DNA of 11,329 bases, taken from Limisphaerales bacterium (GTDB lineage: Bacteria > Verrucomicrobiota > Verrucomicrobiia > Limisphaerales > JAJOIW01). Position 1 is the stretch's first letter. Every line of letters starts with the position of its first letter. The translations under genes were made by a program, and so were the position numbers. The stretch is from the NCBI GenBank assembly GCA_965657355.1, contig CBFHOE010000008.1, forward strand, positions 184,423-195,751. The letters are read 5' to 3'. The notes beneath the pieces were generated by a model. That model saw only the letters and a list, made by a program, of their open reading frames with translations, was not told the origin of the DNA and did not search any database. Positions 1 through 7,788 of this stretch are shown here, one piece after another.

Positions 1-3000
1 TTGCTTTTAACTTTTGATAGTGTTTTGTGGAGTCAAAGCGTCATTGTCGAAGTCTACTCTTTTGCTGCTTGCTCTTTTGTCGCATCGTTACTTTTTCTTT
101 TTCGGTGGACGGATTCTCCAAATAAAAACTGGTATCTATATCTGTGCTTTCTGATGTTTGGTATTGCAGTTACAAACCACCAGACTCTTATCTGTGCCGC
201 TATGGGAATCGAATTGGTCATATGTTTTGTCCGACCAATTCTCGGGAGGAATTTTATTGCCGCAAACTCTCTGGTGTTTTTACTGGCAATTATACTCAAA
301 GCAATTAACCCAGAGCACCTCCGCACCTTGGATAATGCCATTGTCATGGGAATATTTTGGTTGGTAGGGCTACTATCAATCGCCGGATTTTTCTTCATGA
401 CTTTTGTCTTAAAAGTTGATTCCAAACAAAATAAGTCGGAGGACGAGGTTTCTGGCTTTTGGAAAATCTTTCGGCACGTTTATCCAATTTTAATTTGTGG
501 CGTCATATTTCTTCTCACTCATTTGACATACTTTTATATGCCTTTGACCTCGATGACCAATCCGCCGATGAACTGGGGGTTTCCACGCACCGTTGAAGGA
601 TTCGAGCATGCCATCTTTAGAGGACAGTATGAGCCCATCAAACCGACGGAATCCTTTGGCAAGTTCGTGGGACAGGGAGCGATGGTGACCACCGGAATAG
701 TCGAAGAATTCTCCATCGCATTGACTCTCTTGGGTTTGTTACCTTTTGTCTTTATACATAAAATGCGACGTCGAGAACAGGCTTGGTGGCTCGGTATGGC
801 AGGAGTTTTTATTGGAATATCGATCATTCTTCTCATTCTTTTGAATCCAGGAACAGATGCATTGTCGAAATTTCAAACGAGGGTCTTTTTCATCCCAGCG
901 CATTCGATAGTTGCCATGTCCATAGGTTGTGCCTTTGCCCTCGTATGTGGATTTATACTTCAAAAAAGCAGGGAAATATCAAAAGACTTTATAGCGATAG
1001 GTGCGTTTGCTTTTGCAATGGTCTCATTTGCCAATGCAGGGCTCATATTCGTTCAATACAATTATATTCTCCCGCGAATTGCATACGTTTTGGTCTTCGC
1101 TGGGGCTTTGTTGTTTTTAGGCCTTTTAAAAATCATAAAGTGGTTTGAAATTGATGGTCTCCAATTAGGTGAATCCCATCCACGAATTATCAAAGTGGGA
1201 ATGAGTTGTTTGGGTGCCTGTTTGATTTCATTCTCAGCTATAGCTCATTGGTCAGATAGTGAGCAAAGAGGCCATTTATTTGGATACTGGTTTGGGCATG
1301 ATATGTTCGACCCTCCTTTTGGTGTATACCCTGAAATGGAGAAGGGGGCCATTTTGTTAGGTGGTACCGATCCTGGCCGTTTTTGTCCGACATACATGAT
1401 TTTCTCCGAATCTGTGATGCCAGCCTCCACAAAAAGGGATCCTGAATTCGATAGACGAGATGTCTATTTAATTACTCAGAATGCCCTGGCAGACATCACT
1501 TATTTAGACTATTTACGAGCACACTATGACTGGACGGTTGAGGAAAACGGGATAAGGAAAAAGAGGTCTTATCCCCCATTTTTTCAGAACCTTCTCTTCG
1601 GAGAAAAGCACGCCATGGAAGGGTTTAAACCAGGTTTTCCTTGGTTTGGTATCCCCAAAGCACTCGACAATTTTTTCATTAACAATGGTGAAAGAGTGGA
1701 GGCTCGCCGGAGAAAAGAAAGGGTTTATCCAGAAGAAGAAATATACATACCGACGGATCAAGATGCGGCTCTTGCTTACCAGGATTATCAAAGGGAGGTT
1801 CTTGAGAAGTTGAGAGCCGAAGGTCGCGTTGGGGTAAATCCGTTCGAAAATGGTGAGATTTCTGGGACTGAGTCTGTAATGGCCCTCAATTCAAGACTGT
1901 CAAAAATCCTGTTTCGTCAAAATTCAGACAAAGCATTTTATATCGAAGAAAGCTATGCTTTTGAATGGATGTATCCCTATCTCTCTCCTTTTGGCATAAT
2001 CATGAAATTAAATCGCAACCCGCTCGAAGAGATTTCCCAAGAGATGGTTGATAAGGATAGGGCATTCTGGGACGAATACAGTAAGCGGCTAATCGGAGAT
2101 TGGTTAGATGAGGACACGACGATTGAAAATGTATGCAGTTTCGCCATCGATTTGCTGAGCTTCAAAGACGTTTCAGATTATCCAGTAAATCCAAAGTTCT
2201 TTCGAGATATCCAAGCCCAAAAATCCTTTTCAAAACTAAGAGGGTCGCAGGGAGAGTTGTTTGCTTGGCGGTATCGAAACGCTTCATCGCCAGAAGAACA
2301 AGCCAGAATGTATAAAGCTGGCGTTTTCGCTCTCACACAGGCATTTTGTTTTCATCCTGGAAGTCCAGAAGCCGTCCACCGTTTATCTACTCTCCTATAT
2401 CAAGGTGGTCGGTTAGAGGAAGCCATGATGATTGCTCGCACTGCGACGTTAATAGATCCTAAAAGTCCAGGTTTTCGCCACCTTCTCTTAGGTTTAGAGC
2501 AAGCCAGTCTCAATGGCTCTTCAGGGCTGAATAATGGGGTTCAAATCCTTCAAGGCCAGCTTACTAATTTCCTAACGAGCTTCGAGGCGGACCCTCTAAA
2601 TTTAACAAATACAATCAGCCTTATTGATACATTATGGAGCTTGAACAAGACTAATGAGGCACTCAGGGTGGTGGATGATGTCGTGTTGAATCAAGAGGCA
2701 GACCAGCAGTTATTGACTGTAATGGCTCAGAAGGTAGCTGACATTCCTGACCTTGTGCGTTTGGAATCGATACTGACAGTGATTTCGGTTAAGTTCCCTG
2801 ATAACCCCTCAGTATTTTACGACTTAGCAAGTCTGCAGGCATTTAAAGGCAAACCTGATTCGGCGATCACCAACTTGGTAAGGGCCTTGGAGCTCAGTCA
2901 AAATAGATTGAAAGTAAATCCGGAGGCAAAAGATTTAACTGAAGTCTATAAAACGGACCAAAGATTTAGTTCGCTGAAAAATCATCCTCAATACGAAAAA

Positions 3001-3027
3001 CTCATCACCCCGCTGTTATCTAAATAG
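1..3027 (+). CDS. DUF2723 / TMEM260-like multi-pass membrane protein (putative GT-C protein O-mannosyltransferase family) with C-terminal TPR region; 5'-truncated by the window edge
   Basis: The frame is open from base 1 to TAG 3025-3027, and the TTG at base 1 is probably internal. The first ~420 aa contain many hydrophobic TM segments with family-like motifs: WSQSVIVEVYSF, NHQT and YMP..NPPMNWG.P.T.EGF.H...RGQY. A soluble domain follows (GGTDPGRF.PTYMIF, ITQNALAD, FYIEESY..EWMYPYL). The C-terminus has TPR-like helices (ALTQAFCFHPGSPEAVHRLSTLLYQGGRLEEA; FYDLASLQAFKGKPDSAITNLVRALEL...DQRFSSL). Confidence 0.8.
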   Translation: MLLTFDSVLWSQSVIVEVYSFAACSFVASLLFLFRWTDSPNKNWYLYLCFLMFGIAVTNHQTLICAAMGIELVICFVRPILGRNFIAANSLVFLLAIILKAINPEHLRTLDNAIVMGIFWLVGLLSIAGFFFMTFVLKVDSKQNKSEDEVSGFWKIFRHVYPILICGVIFLLTHLTYFYMPLTSMTNPPMNWGFPRTVEGFEHAIFRGQYEPIKPTESFGKFVGQGAMVTTGIVEEFSIALTLLGLLPFVFIHKMRRREQAWWLGMAGVFIGISIILLILLNPGTDALSKFQTRVFFIPAHSIVAMSIGCAFALVCGFILQKSREISKDFIAIGAFAFAMVSFANAGLIFVQYNYILPRIAYVLVFAGALLFLGLLKIIKWFEIDGLQLGESHPRIIKVGMSCLGACLISFSAIAHWSDSEQRGHLFGYWFGHDMFDPPFGVYPEMEKGAILLGGTDPGRFCPTYMIFSESVMPASTKRDPEFDRRDVYLITQNALADITYLDYLRAHYDWTVEENGIRKKRSYPPFFQNLLFGEKHAMEGFKPGFPWFGIPKALDNFFINNGERVEARRRKERVYPEEEIYIPTDQDAALAYQDYQREVLEKLRAEGRVGVNPFENGEISGTESVMALNSRLSKILFRQNSDKAFYIEESYAFEWMYPYLSPFGIIMKLNRNPLEEISQEMVDKDRAFWDEYSKRLIGDWLDEDTTIENVCSFAIDLLSFKDVSDYPVNPKFFRDIQAQKSFSKLRGSQGELFAWRYRNASSPEEQARMYKAGVFALTQAFCFHPGSPEAVHRLSTLLYQGGRLEEAMMIARTATLIDPKSPGFRHLLLGLEQASLNGSSGLNNGVQILQGQLTNFLTSFEADPLNLTNTISLIDTLWSLNKTNEALRVVDDVVLNQEADQQLLTVMAQKVADIPDLVRLESILTVISVKFPDNPSVFYDLASLQAFKGKPDSAITNLVRALELSQNRLKVNPEAKDLTEVYKTDQRFSSLKNHPQYEKLITPLLSK

Positions 3028-3147
3028 CTTTCACATCTCGGTCAAATAGGTTCTGCTTGAAGGTATTAATCTTCCAAGTTTGAGAGTCGGTAGTGAAGAA
3101 GTTTTTACTGGTAATTTTAACCGAGAATGATTACTTTCCGGATCCTT

Positions 3148-4294
3148 ATGTTCGAAGAAATCAAAGATATGTTAGCTGAGACAAAAGAGAAAATTGTCCA
3201 CCTACGGAGGTATCTTTGACGTTCCCAAACTTCAAAAGCGCATTGAGGAATTAGAATCGGCCATGTCAATGGATTCTTTCTGGGATCATAGAGAAAGAGC
3301 TCAGAAAACAGTGGATGAATCCAACTCCCTCAAAAAACAAATTGAGCCTCTACTTAGTTCTGAAAGCCAGCTGGAGGATTTTGAAGTCATGTTGGAACTT
3401 GGGTTGGACGAGCCGCCTGAGTCACAAGCAGCCATTGCGACGGAGATGTTAGGCGAGCTGGCTGATTTCAAAACAAAGTTGGAACAACTCGAGATCATAC
3501 TTCTGCTGACAGATAAAAACGATAAAGCCAACTGCATCGTAAACATAAACGCTGGCGCAGGGGGCACTGAATCTTGTGATTGGTGCAGTATGCTTTTTAG
3601 GATGTACCAGAGATGGGCAGAGAGCAGAGGGTGGAAGGTCGAAATTCAAGACCTGCTTGATGGGGAAGCCGCCGGGATAAAAAGCGTTACCATGACAATC
3701 TCTGGAGAAAATGCTTTTGGGTATTTTAAGGCTGAAAGGGGTGTCCATCGTTTGGTGAGAATTTCACCTTTTGATGCTAACAAAAGAAGACATACTAGTT
3801 TTTGCAGTGTTGATGTTATTGCAGAGATTGAAGGTGATGAAGACATAGACGTGCCTACGACTGATATACGAGTGGATACATATAGATCAGGAGGCAAAGG
3901 AGGTCAGAATGTGAATAAAGTGGAGACAGCTGTTCGGATCACGCATATCCCGTCAGGCATAGTCGCGGCTTGCCAAACAGAGAGATCCCAACATCAAAAT
4001 AGAGCTAACGCCATGAAGCTTCTCGTTTCCAAACTTTATGCACAGAGGGAGGACGAACAAAAGAAAGAGATGGAAAGATTCTACAGCGAGAAAGGGGTAA
4101 TCGCTTGGGGAAATCAAATCCGAAGCTACGTCTTTCAACCCTACAGAATGGTTAAAGATCTCAGAACAGGCGTCGAGTCCAGTAACTTACAAGCGGTTAT
4201 GGATGGAGATCTTGATATCTTTGTCAATGGATGGCTCAGGGCTGGGTGTCCAATTAGTCGAATGGAAGGGACAGCAGATGAGAGCAACGCATAA
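3148..4294 (+). CDS. prfB: Peptide chain release factor 2, translated via a programmed +1 frameshift: join(3148..3216,3218..4294), 381 aa
   Basis: ATG 3148 opens 23 codons ([23 protein letters not shown]) ending in CTT TGA C. The +1 frame continues as DVPKLQ... and contains the RF2 SPF motif ([10 protein letters not shown]), the GGQ motif ([11 protein letters not shown]) and WGNQIRSYV. The stop is TAA 4292-4294. Confidence 0.98.
3206..3220 (+). promoter_or_regulatory. RF2 autoregulatory +1 frameshift cassette (internal SD plus slippery CTT-TGA-C)
   Basis: GGAGG (3206-3210), TAT spacer, CTT (3214-3216), TGA (3217-3219), C. This is the canonical prfB arrangement. Confidence 0.97.
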
Positions 4295-4337
4295 AGCTAT
4301 AGTCTATTGAGCTAACCCCAATCCCGAAGCACTAATT

Positions 4338-5150
4338 ATGAGTAATATTTTAGATAAGATTGTTGAAACAAAACGAAAAGAGGTTGAAAGGCTCGAGCAA
4401 GAATCCATTACACCAGATTCGATGGCCAGTCTCTCCGCTTCCCTGCCGCCGAGAAGAGATTTTGTTGGGGCACTTAAAAACCCCACCATTGGCGACATAG
4501 GTATTATTTCTGAAATTAAAAAAGCATCTCCATCCAAAGGCGTTATCCAGCCTCAGTTTGATCACAAAAAGATCGCATCCCTTTATGCAAAAGGTGGGGC
4601 TGGCTGTCTTTCAGTACTGACCGACGAACCATGGTTTCAGGGCCATTTAAAATATCTCAATGAGATCAGAGTCACCGTGAAGCAACCGCTCCTAAGGAAA
4701 GATTTCATGATTGATCCCAGACAATTTCCCGAAGCACTTCGAGCAGGTGCTGATGCTATCCTGCTTATTGCTGCGATTCTTTCAGACCAACAATTGAAGG
4801 ATTTTCGGATACTTGCTGAGGCCTCTGGTATGGCAGCTCTGGTTGAGGTTCACGATCAAATAGAACTAGATCGAGCGTTGAGATCTGGTGCTACTTTTTT
4901 AGGTGTAAATAATAGGAATTTAAAAACATTTGAGGTCGACCTTCAAACTACCTCATCGCTTGCTCAAACAATTCTCCCACAACTGAAGTCCGGCGAGGTC
5001 TTTCTTGTCGCTGAATCAGGTATAAATTCACGACGAGATGTTGAGACGTTGAAATCAGCTGGAGCTGGAGCACTTTTGGTCGGTGAATCTCTGATGAGAG
5101 CTGAAAATCCTGCTGATAAAATTAAGGAACTCGTGCTGCCAGATTGTTGA
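4338..5150 (+). CDS. trpC: Indole-3-glycerol phosphate synthase
   Basis: Motifs: N-terminal ILDKIVETK, IISEIKKASPSKG, LSVLTDEPWFQG, LLRKDFMID, GADAILLI, LVEVHD, GVNNRNLKTF, VAESGI, LVGESLM. 270 aa with no TrpF fusion. Confidence 0.98.
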   Translation: MSNILDKIVETKRKEVERLEQESITPDSMASLSASLPPRRDFVGALKNPTIGDIGIISEIKKASPSKGVIQPQFDHKKIASLYAKGGAGCLSVLTDEPWFQGHLKYLNEIRVTVKQPLLRKDFMIDPRQFPEALRAGADAILLIAAILSDQQLKDFRILAEASGMAALVEVHDQIELDRALRSGATFLGVNNRNLKTFEVDLQTTSSLAQTILPQLKSGEVFLVAESGINSRRDVETLKSAGAGALLVGESLMRAENPADKIKELVLPDC

Positions 5151-5225
5151 TTTCACCAACTATCTGAAATTATCTTATTGATGTTAATAATTAATTACTT
5201 CAGTGGTTCGATCTTTTAGGAGGAC

Positions 5226-5254
5226 TTGACAATTCATACTGGAATTCGGATTGT
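5226..5254 (+). promoter_or_regulatory. Candidate sigma70 promoter for the glycyl-tRNA ligase gene
   Basis: A perfect TTGACA at 5226-5231 follows an AT-rich tract. The hexamer at 17-bp spacing, GATTGT (5249-5254), is only a weak -10 match. Confidence 0.4.
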
Positions 5255-5265
5255 TTTTCACTCCT

Positions 5266-6885
5266 ATGGCAAAGCCAAAAGACAAAAATACTGAATTGAT
5301 GGAAAAGATTGTGTCGCTGTGCAAGCGGCGGGGCTTCATTTTTCAATCTTCTGAAATTTACGGTGGGATAAGTGGTTTTTGGGACTATGGGCCCTATGGG
5401 GCGGAGCTCAAGCGGAACGTCAAAGACTTTTGGTGGAAAAGTATGACCCAAAAAAGGGATGATATTGTCGGCATTGACGCCACAATAATAACACACCCCA
5501 AAGTTTGGGAAGCGAGTGGTCACACTACGACTTTTTCTGATCCAATGTCGGATTGTTTGGTCACGAAAAAGCGTTTTAGATCGGACCAGATAGAGCCAGC
5601 AGATGGCACTGTTTTTTACTACTCGGGTGCCAAAGATTCTGAGACTGGTAAAGAATCCAAAGATCCATTTTCGGTGTTACTTGCGCCTGGTAAGAATCCG
5701 GGCAGCGCAGAAAAGGTAGCAAAAAGGTTTTACGCTGACCGCGGCATAAACAATACAGAGTTAATTTTAGATAAATCCGAAGAGGTAAAGGGGAGCACCT
5801 CATTTAACCCAGAGAACGGAGCCCAGCTGACAGAGCCAAGAGCATTTAACTTAATGTTCAAAACATTTGTAGGGCCGGTCGAGGACGATAAGAATATTGC
5901 TTATCTGAGACCTGAAACAGCACAGGCGATTTTTACCAATTTCAAGAATGTCCAAGAGGTCGCACGTAAAAAAGTACCCTTTGGGATAGCTCAGATTGGA
6001 AAGGCATTTAGAAATGAAATTAATCCAAGAAATTTCACCTTCCGATCCCGAGAGTTTGAACAAATGGAGGTGGAATTCTTTATCAAGCCGGATGATGTTG
6101 TTGGAGCAGATGAGAATAAAGAGCCGGCGACACTGGATGCCCCCGAAAAAAATTGGGGATGGAGTCAGTGGCACAAATACTGGGTCGAGCAAAGGCTTAG
6201 GTGGTACGAAAGTATCGGGTTGGATAGATCGACTTTGGAGCTGTATTACCAATCGCCTGAAGACCTCGCTCACTACGCAAGAGCAACCGTAGACATTCTT
6301 TACAAATTTCCATTTGGAACTGAAGAGCTTGAAGGGATCGCTGCCCGCGGTAATTATGATTTGACTCAACATCAAGAGCACAGTGGTAAAACCATGGAAT
6401 TTCTTGATGACGAGGTTAAGTCAAAATATGTCCCCCACGTTATTGAGCCTAGTGCCGGGGTTGATCGATTAGTTTTAGCATTGATATGTAATGCCTATGC
6501 CGAAGAGGAAATCACGGATGATAAAGGCAAGACTGATTCTCGCGTCATACTGAAGTTCCATCCAAGGATAGCTCCGATCAAGGTTGCCATTTTACCTCTA
6601 TTAAAAAACCGACCTGAAATGGTCAAGAGGGCAAAAGAAATCAAGGCAAAGCTACAGCCGTTCATGTCTGTTTTCTATGATGAAACAGGTGCCATTGGTC
6701 GGCGATACAGGAGACAAGACGAAATTGGAACCCCATTTTGTGTGACTATTGATTTTGAAACATTAGGCGATGGCGATGATAAATCTCTGCAAGATACCGT
6801 CACATTACGTGAGAGAGATTCCATGTCACAGAAGCGTGTTCCTATCGATTCCCTTTTACAATTTCTCATGGAGCAAATTCACTAG
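5266..6885 (+). CDS. glyQS: Glycine--tRNA ligase, alpha2 homodimeric (glyQS/GRS1) type
   Basis: Motifs: LCKRRGFIFQSSEIYGG, WDYGPYG, LRPETAQ, motif 2 FRNEINPRNFTFRSREFEQME, EELEGIA.R, motif 3 IEPSAGVDRL, and anticodon-domain IGRRYRRQDEIGTPFCVTID. ATG 5266 (MAKPKD) is preferred over the track's TTG 5251. ATG 5299 is an alternative start. Confidence 0.96.
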   Translation: MAKPKDKNTELMEKIVSLCKRRGFIFQSSEIYGGISGFWDYGPYGAELKRNVKDFWWKSMTQKRDDIVGIDATIITHPKVWEASGHTTTFSDPMSDCLVTKKRFRSDQIEPADGTVFYYSGAKDSETGKESKDPFSVLLAPGKNPGSAEKVAKRFYADRGINNTELILDKSEEVKGSTSFNPENGAQLTEPRAFNLMFKTFVGPVEDDKNIAYLRPETAQAIFTNFKNVQEVARKKVPFGIAQIGKAFRNEINPRNFTFRSREFEQMEVEFFIKPDDVVGADENKEPATLDAPEKNWGWSQWHKYWVEQRLRWYESIGLDRSTLELYYQSPEDLAHYARATVDILYKFPFGTEELEGIAARGNYDLTQHQEHSGKTMEFLDDEVKSKYVPHVIEPSAGVDRLVLALICNAYAEEEITDDKGKTDSRVILKFHPRIAPIKVAILPLLKNRPEMVKRAKEIKAKLQPFMSVFYDETGAIGRRYRRQDEIGTPFCVTIDFETLGDGDDKSLQDTVTLRERDSMSQKRVPIDSLLQFLMEQIH

Positions 6886-6977
6886 GATTTGTCTCGTCGA
6901 TAAACTAACTACGCCATTTGCGGATGTCGTTTGAAAATCACTTGCGGCCGCCAAAAATATAAAATTCGCCTTCGTAT

Positions 6978-7008
6978 AAAACAAAAAAGAGCCGTCTATT
7001 AACGGCTC
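6978..7008 (-). terminator. Rho-independent terminator of sodA
   Basis: A 7-bp perfect stem, GAGCCGT (6989-6995) / ACGGCTC (7002-7008), with a 6-nt loop. On the minus strand it is followed by TTTTTTGTTTT and lies about 30 nt after the sodA stop. Confidence 0.88.
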
Positions 7009-7039
7009 CCGATCTGAATTAAATCAATTTCAATTGACC

Positions 7040-7645
7040 TTATTTCGCTGCTGAATAAAGTTCGGCAACTTTTGACCAATTGACGACATTCCAAAATGCT
7101 TTCAGATAGTCCGGTCTTTTGTTTTGGTACTTGAGATAGTAAGCGTGCTCCCAGACATCACATCCAAGAATCGGAGTTTGACCAGTCATTAGAGGCGTGT
7201 CCTGATTTGGTGTGCTGGTAACTTCCAAGTTTCCATTATTGACAACGAGCCAAGCCCATCCACTTCCGAATCTAGTGGCCCCTGCCGCTTCGAATTTTTC
7301 TTTGAATGCATCGAAGCTACCGAAAGTCGAATCGATGGAAGCTGCTAATTCCCCACTTGGTGAGCCGCCGGCATTTGGGGCCATGATTTGCCAAAATAGT
7401 GAATGATTAGCATGGCCTCCTCCGTTATTTCTGACAGCGCCTCTGATATTTTCTGGCACAGAGTCCAGATTTTTTACGAGGTCATCAATACTCTTATTGC
7501 CAAGATCGGTGCCGTCAATAGCGGCATTTAATTTGGCTATGTACGTGGCGTGGTGCTTTCCATGGTGAATTTCCATGGTTGCTTTATCAATGTGTGGCTC
7601 AAGCGCATCGTGCGCGTATGGTAGATCAGGTAGTTGGTATGACAT
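7040..7645 (-). CDS. sodA: Superoxide dismutase, Fe/Mn family, with Mn-type signature
   Basis: Motifs: [29 protein letters not shown] and DVWEHAYYL, with the metal ligands present. NNGGGHANH and TPNQD are the Mn-type discriminating residues. 201 aa with no signal peptide. Confidence 0.93.
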   Translation of the reverse strand: MSYQLPDLPYAHDALEPHIDKATMEIHHGKHHATYIAKLNAAIDGTDLGNKSIDDLVKNLDSVPENIRGAVRNNGGGHANHSLFWQIMAPNAGGSPSGELAASIDSTFGSFDAFKEKFEAAGATRFGSGWAWLVVNNGNLEVTSTPNQDTPLMTGQTPILGCDVWEHAYYLKYQNKRPDYLKAFWNVVNWSKVAELYSAAK

Positions 7646-7668
7646 AGTTTCTTAAATGTGTCTCGATT

Positions 7669-7699
7669 ATCATAATTAGACCTCTTGAAGAAATGTCAA
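7669..7699 (-). promoter_or_regulatory. Candidate sodA sigma70 promoter
   Basis: Minus-strand TTGACA (7699-7694) and TATGAT (7674-7669) are separated by 19 bp. The -10 ends about 23 nt upstream of the ATG. Confidence 0.5.
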
Positions 7700-7744
7700 G
7701 GAGGGTAATCGTTTTCGTCGCAATTCATTTGCTCAAGATCCTAA

Positions 7745-7753
7745 TGGTAAATT
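7745..7753 (+). promoter_or_regulatory. Possible extended -10 promoter element for the sulfatase pair
   Basis: TGgTAAATT (TGn followed by TAnnnT) lies 35 nt upstream of ATG 7789. No good -35 accompanies it. Confidence 0.25.
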
Positions 7754-7788
7754 TATCACATTTTGATTAATTTGATTGAAGTTCAGAA

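Noticed and set aside
3194..3217. Track start TTG 3194 for RF2, or reading prfB as a frameshifted pseudogene
   Set aside because: The canonical programmed frameshift from ATG 3148 explains the sequence fully.
5151..5265. T-box riboswitch upstream of the glycyl-tRNA ligase
   Set aside because: The spacer is only 115 nt, with no GGTGGnACCGCG T-box (AGTGGTTCG is a poor match) and no terminator/antiterminator.
5218..5294. uORF from TTG 5226 behind AGGAGG, overlapping the glyQS start
   Set aside because: The SD-to-start spacing is only 2 nt, the TTG is better explained as part of TTGACA, and the peptide is not Gly-rich.
5851..6381. 176-aa antisense ORF, and the other short ORFs nested within the main genes
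   Set aside because: They lie wholly or largely within well-supported genes, have no recognisable motifs and look like shadow frames.
7753..7779. FNR box or DnaA box upstream of the sulfatases
   Set aside because: The TTGAT half-sites are in direct rather than inverted orientation, and TTATCACA is a single imperfect DnaA-like match.
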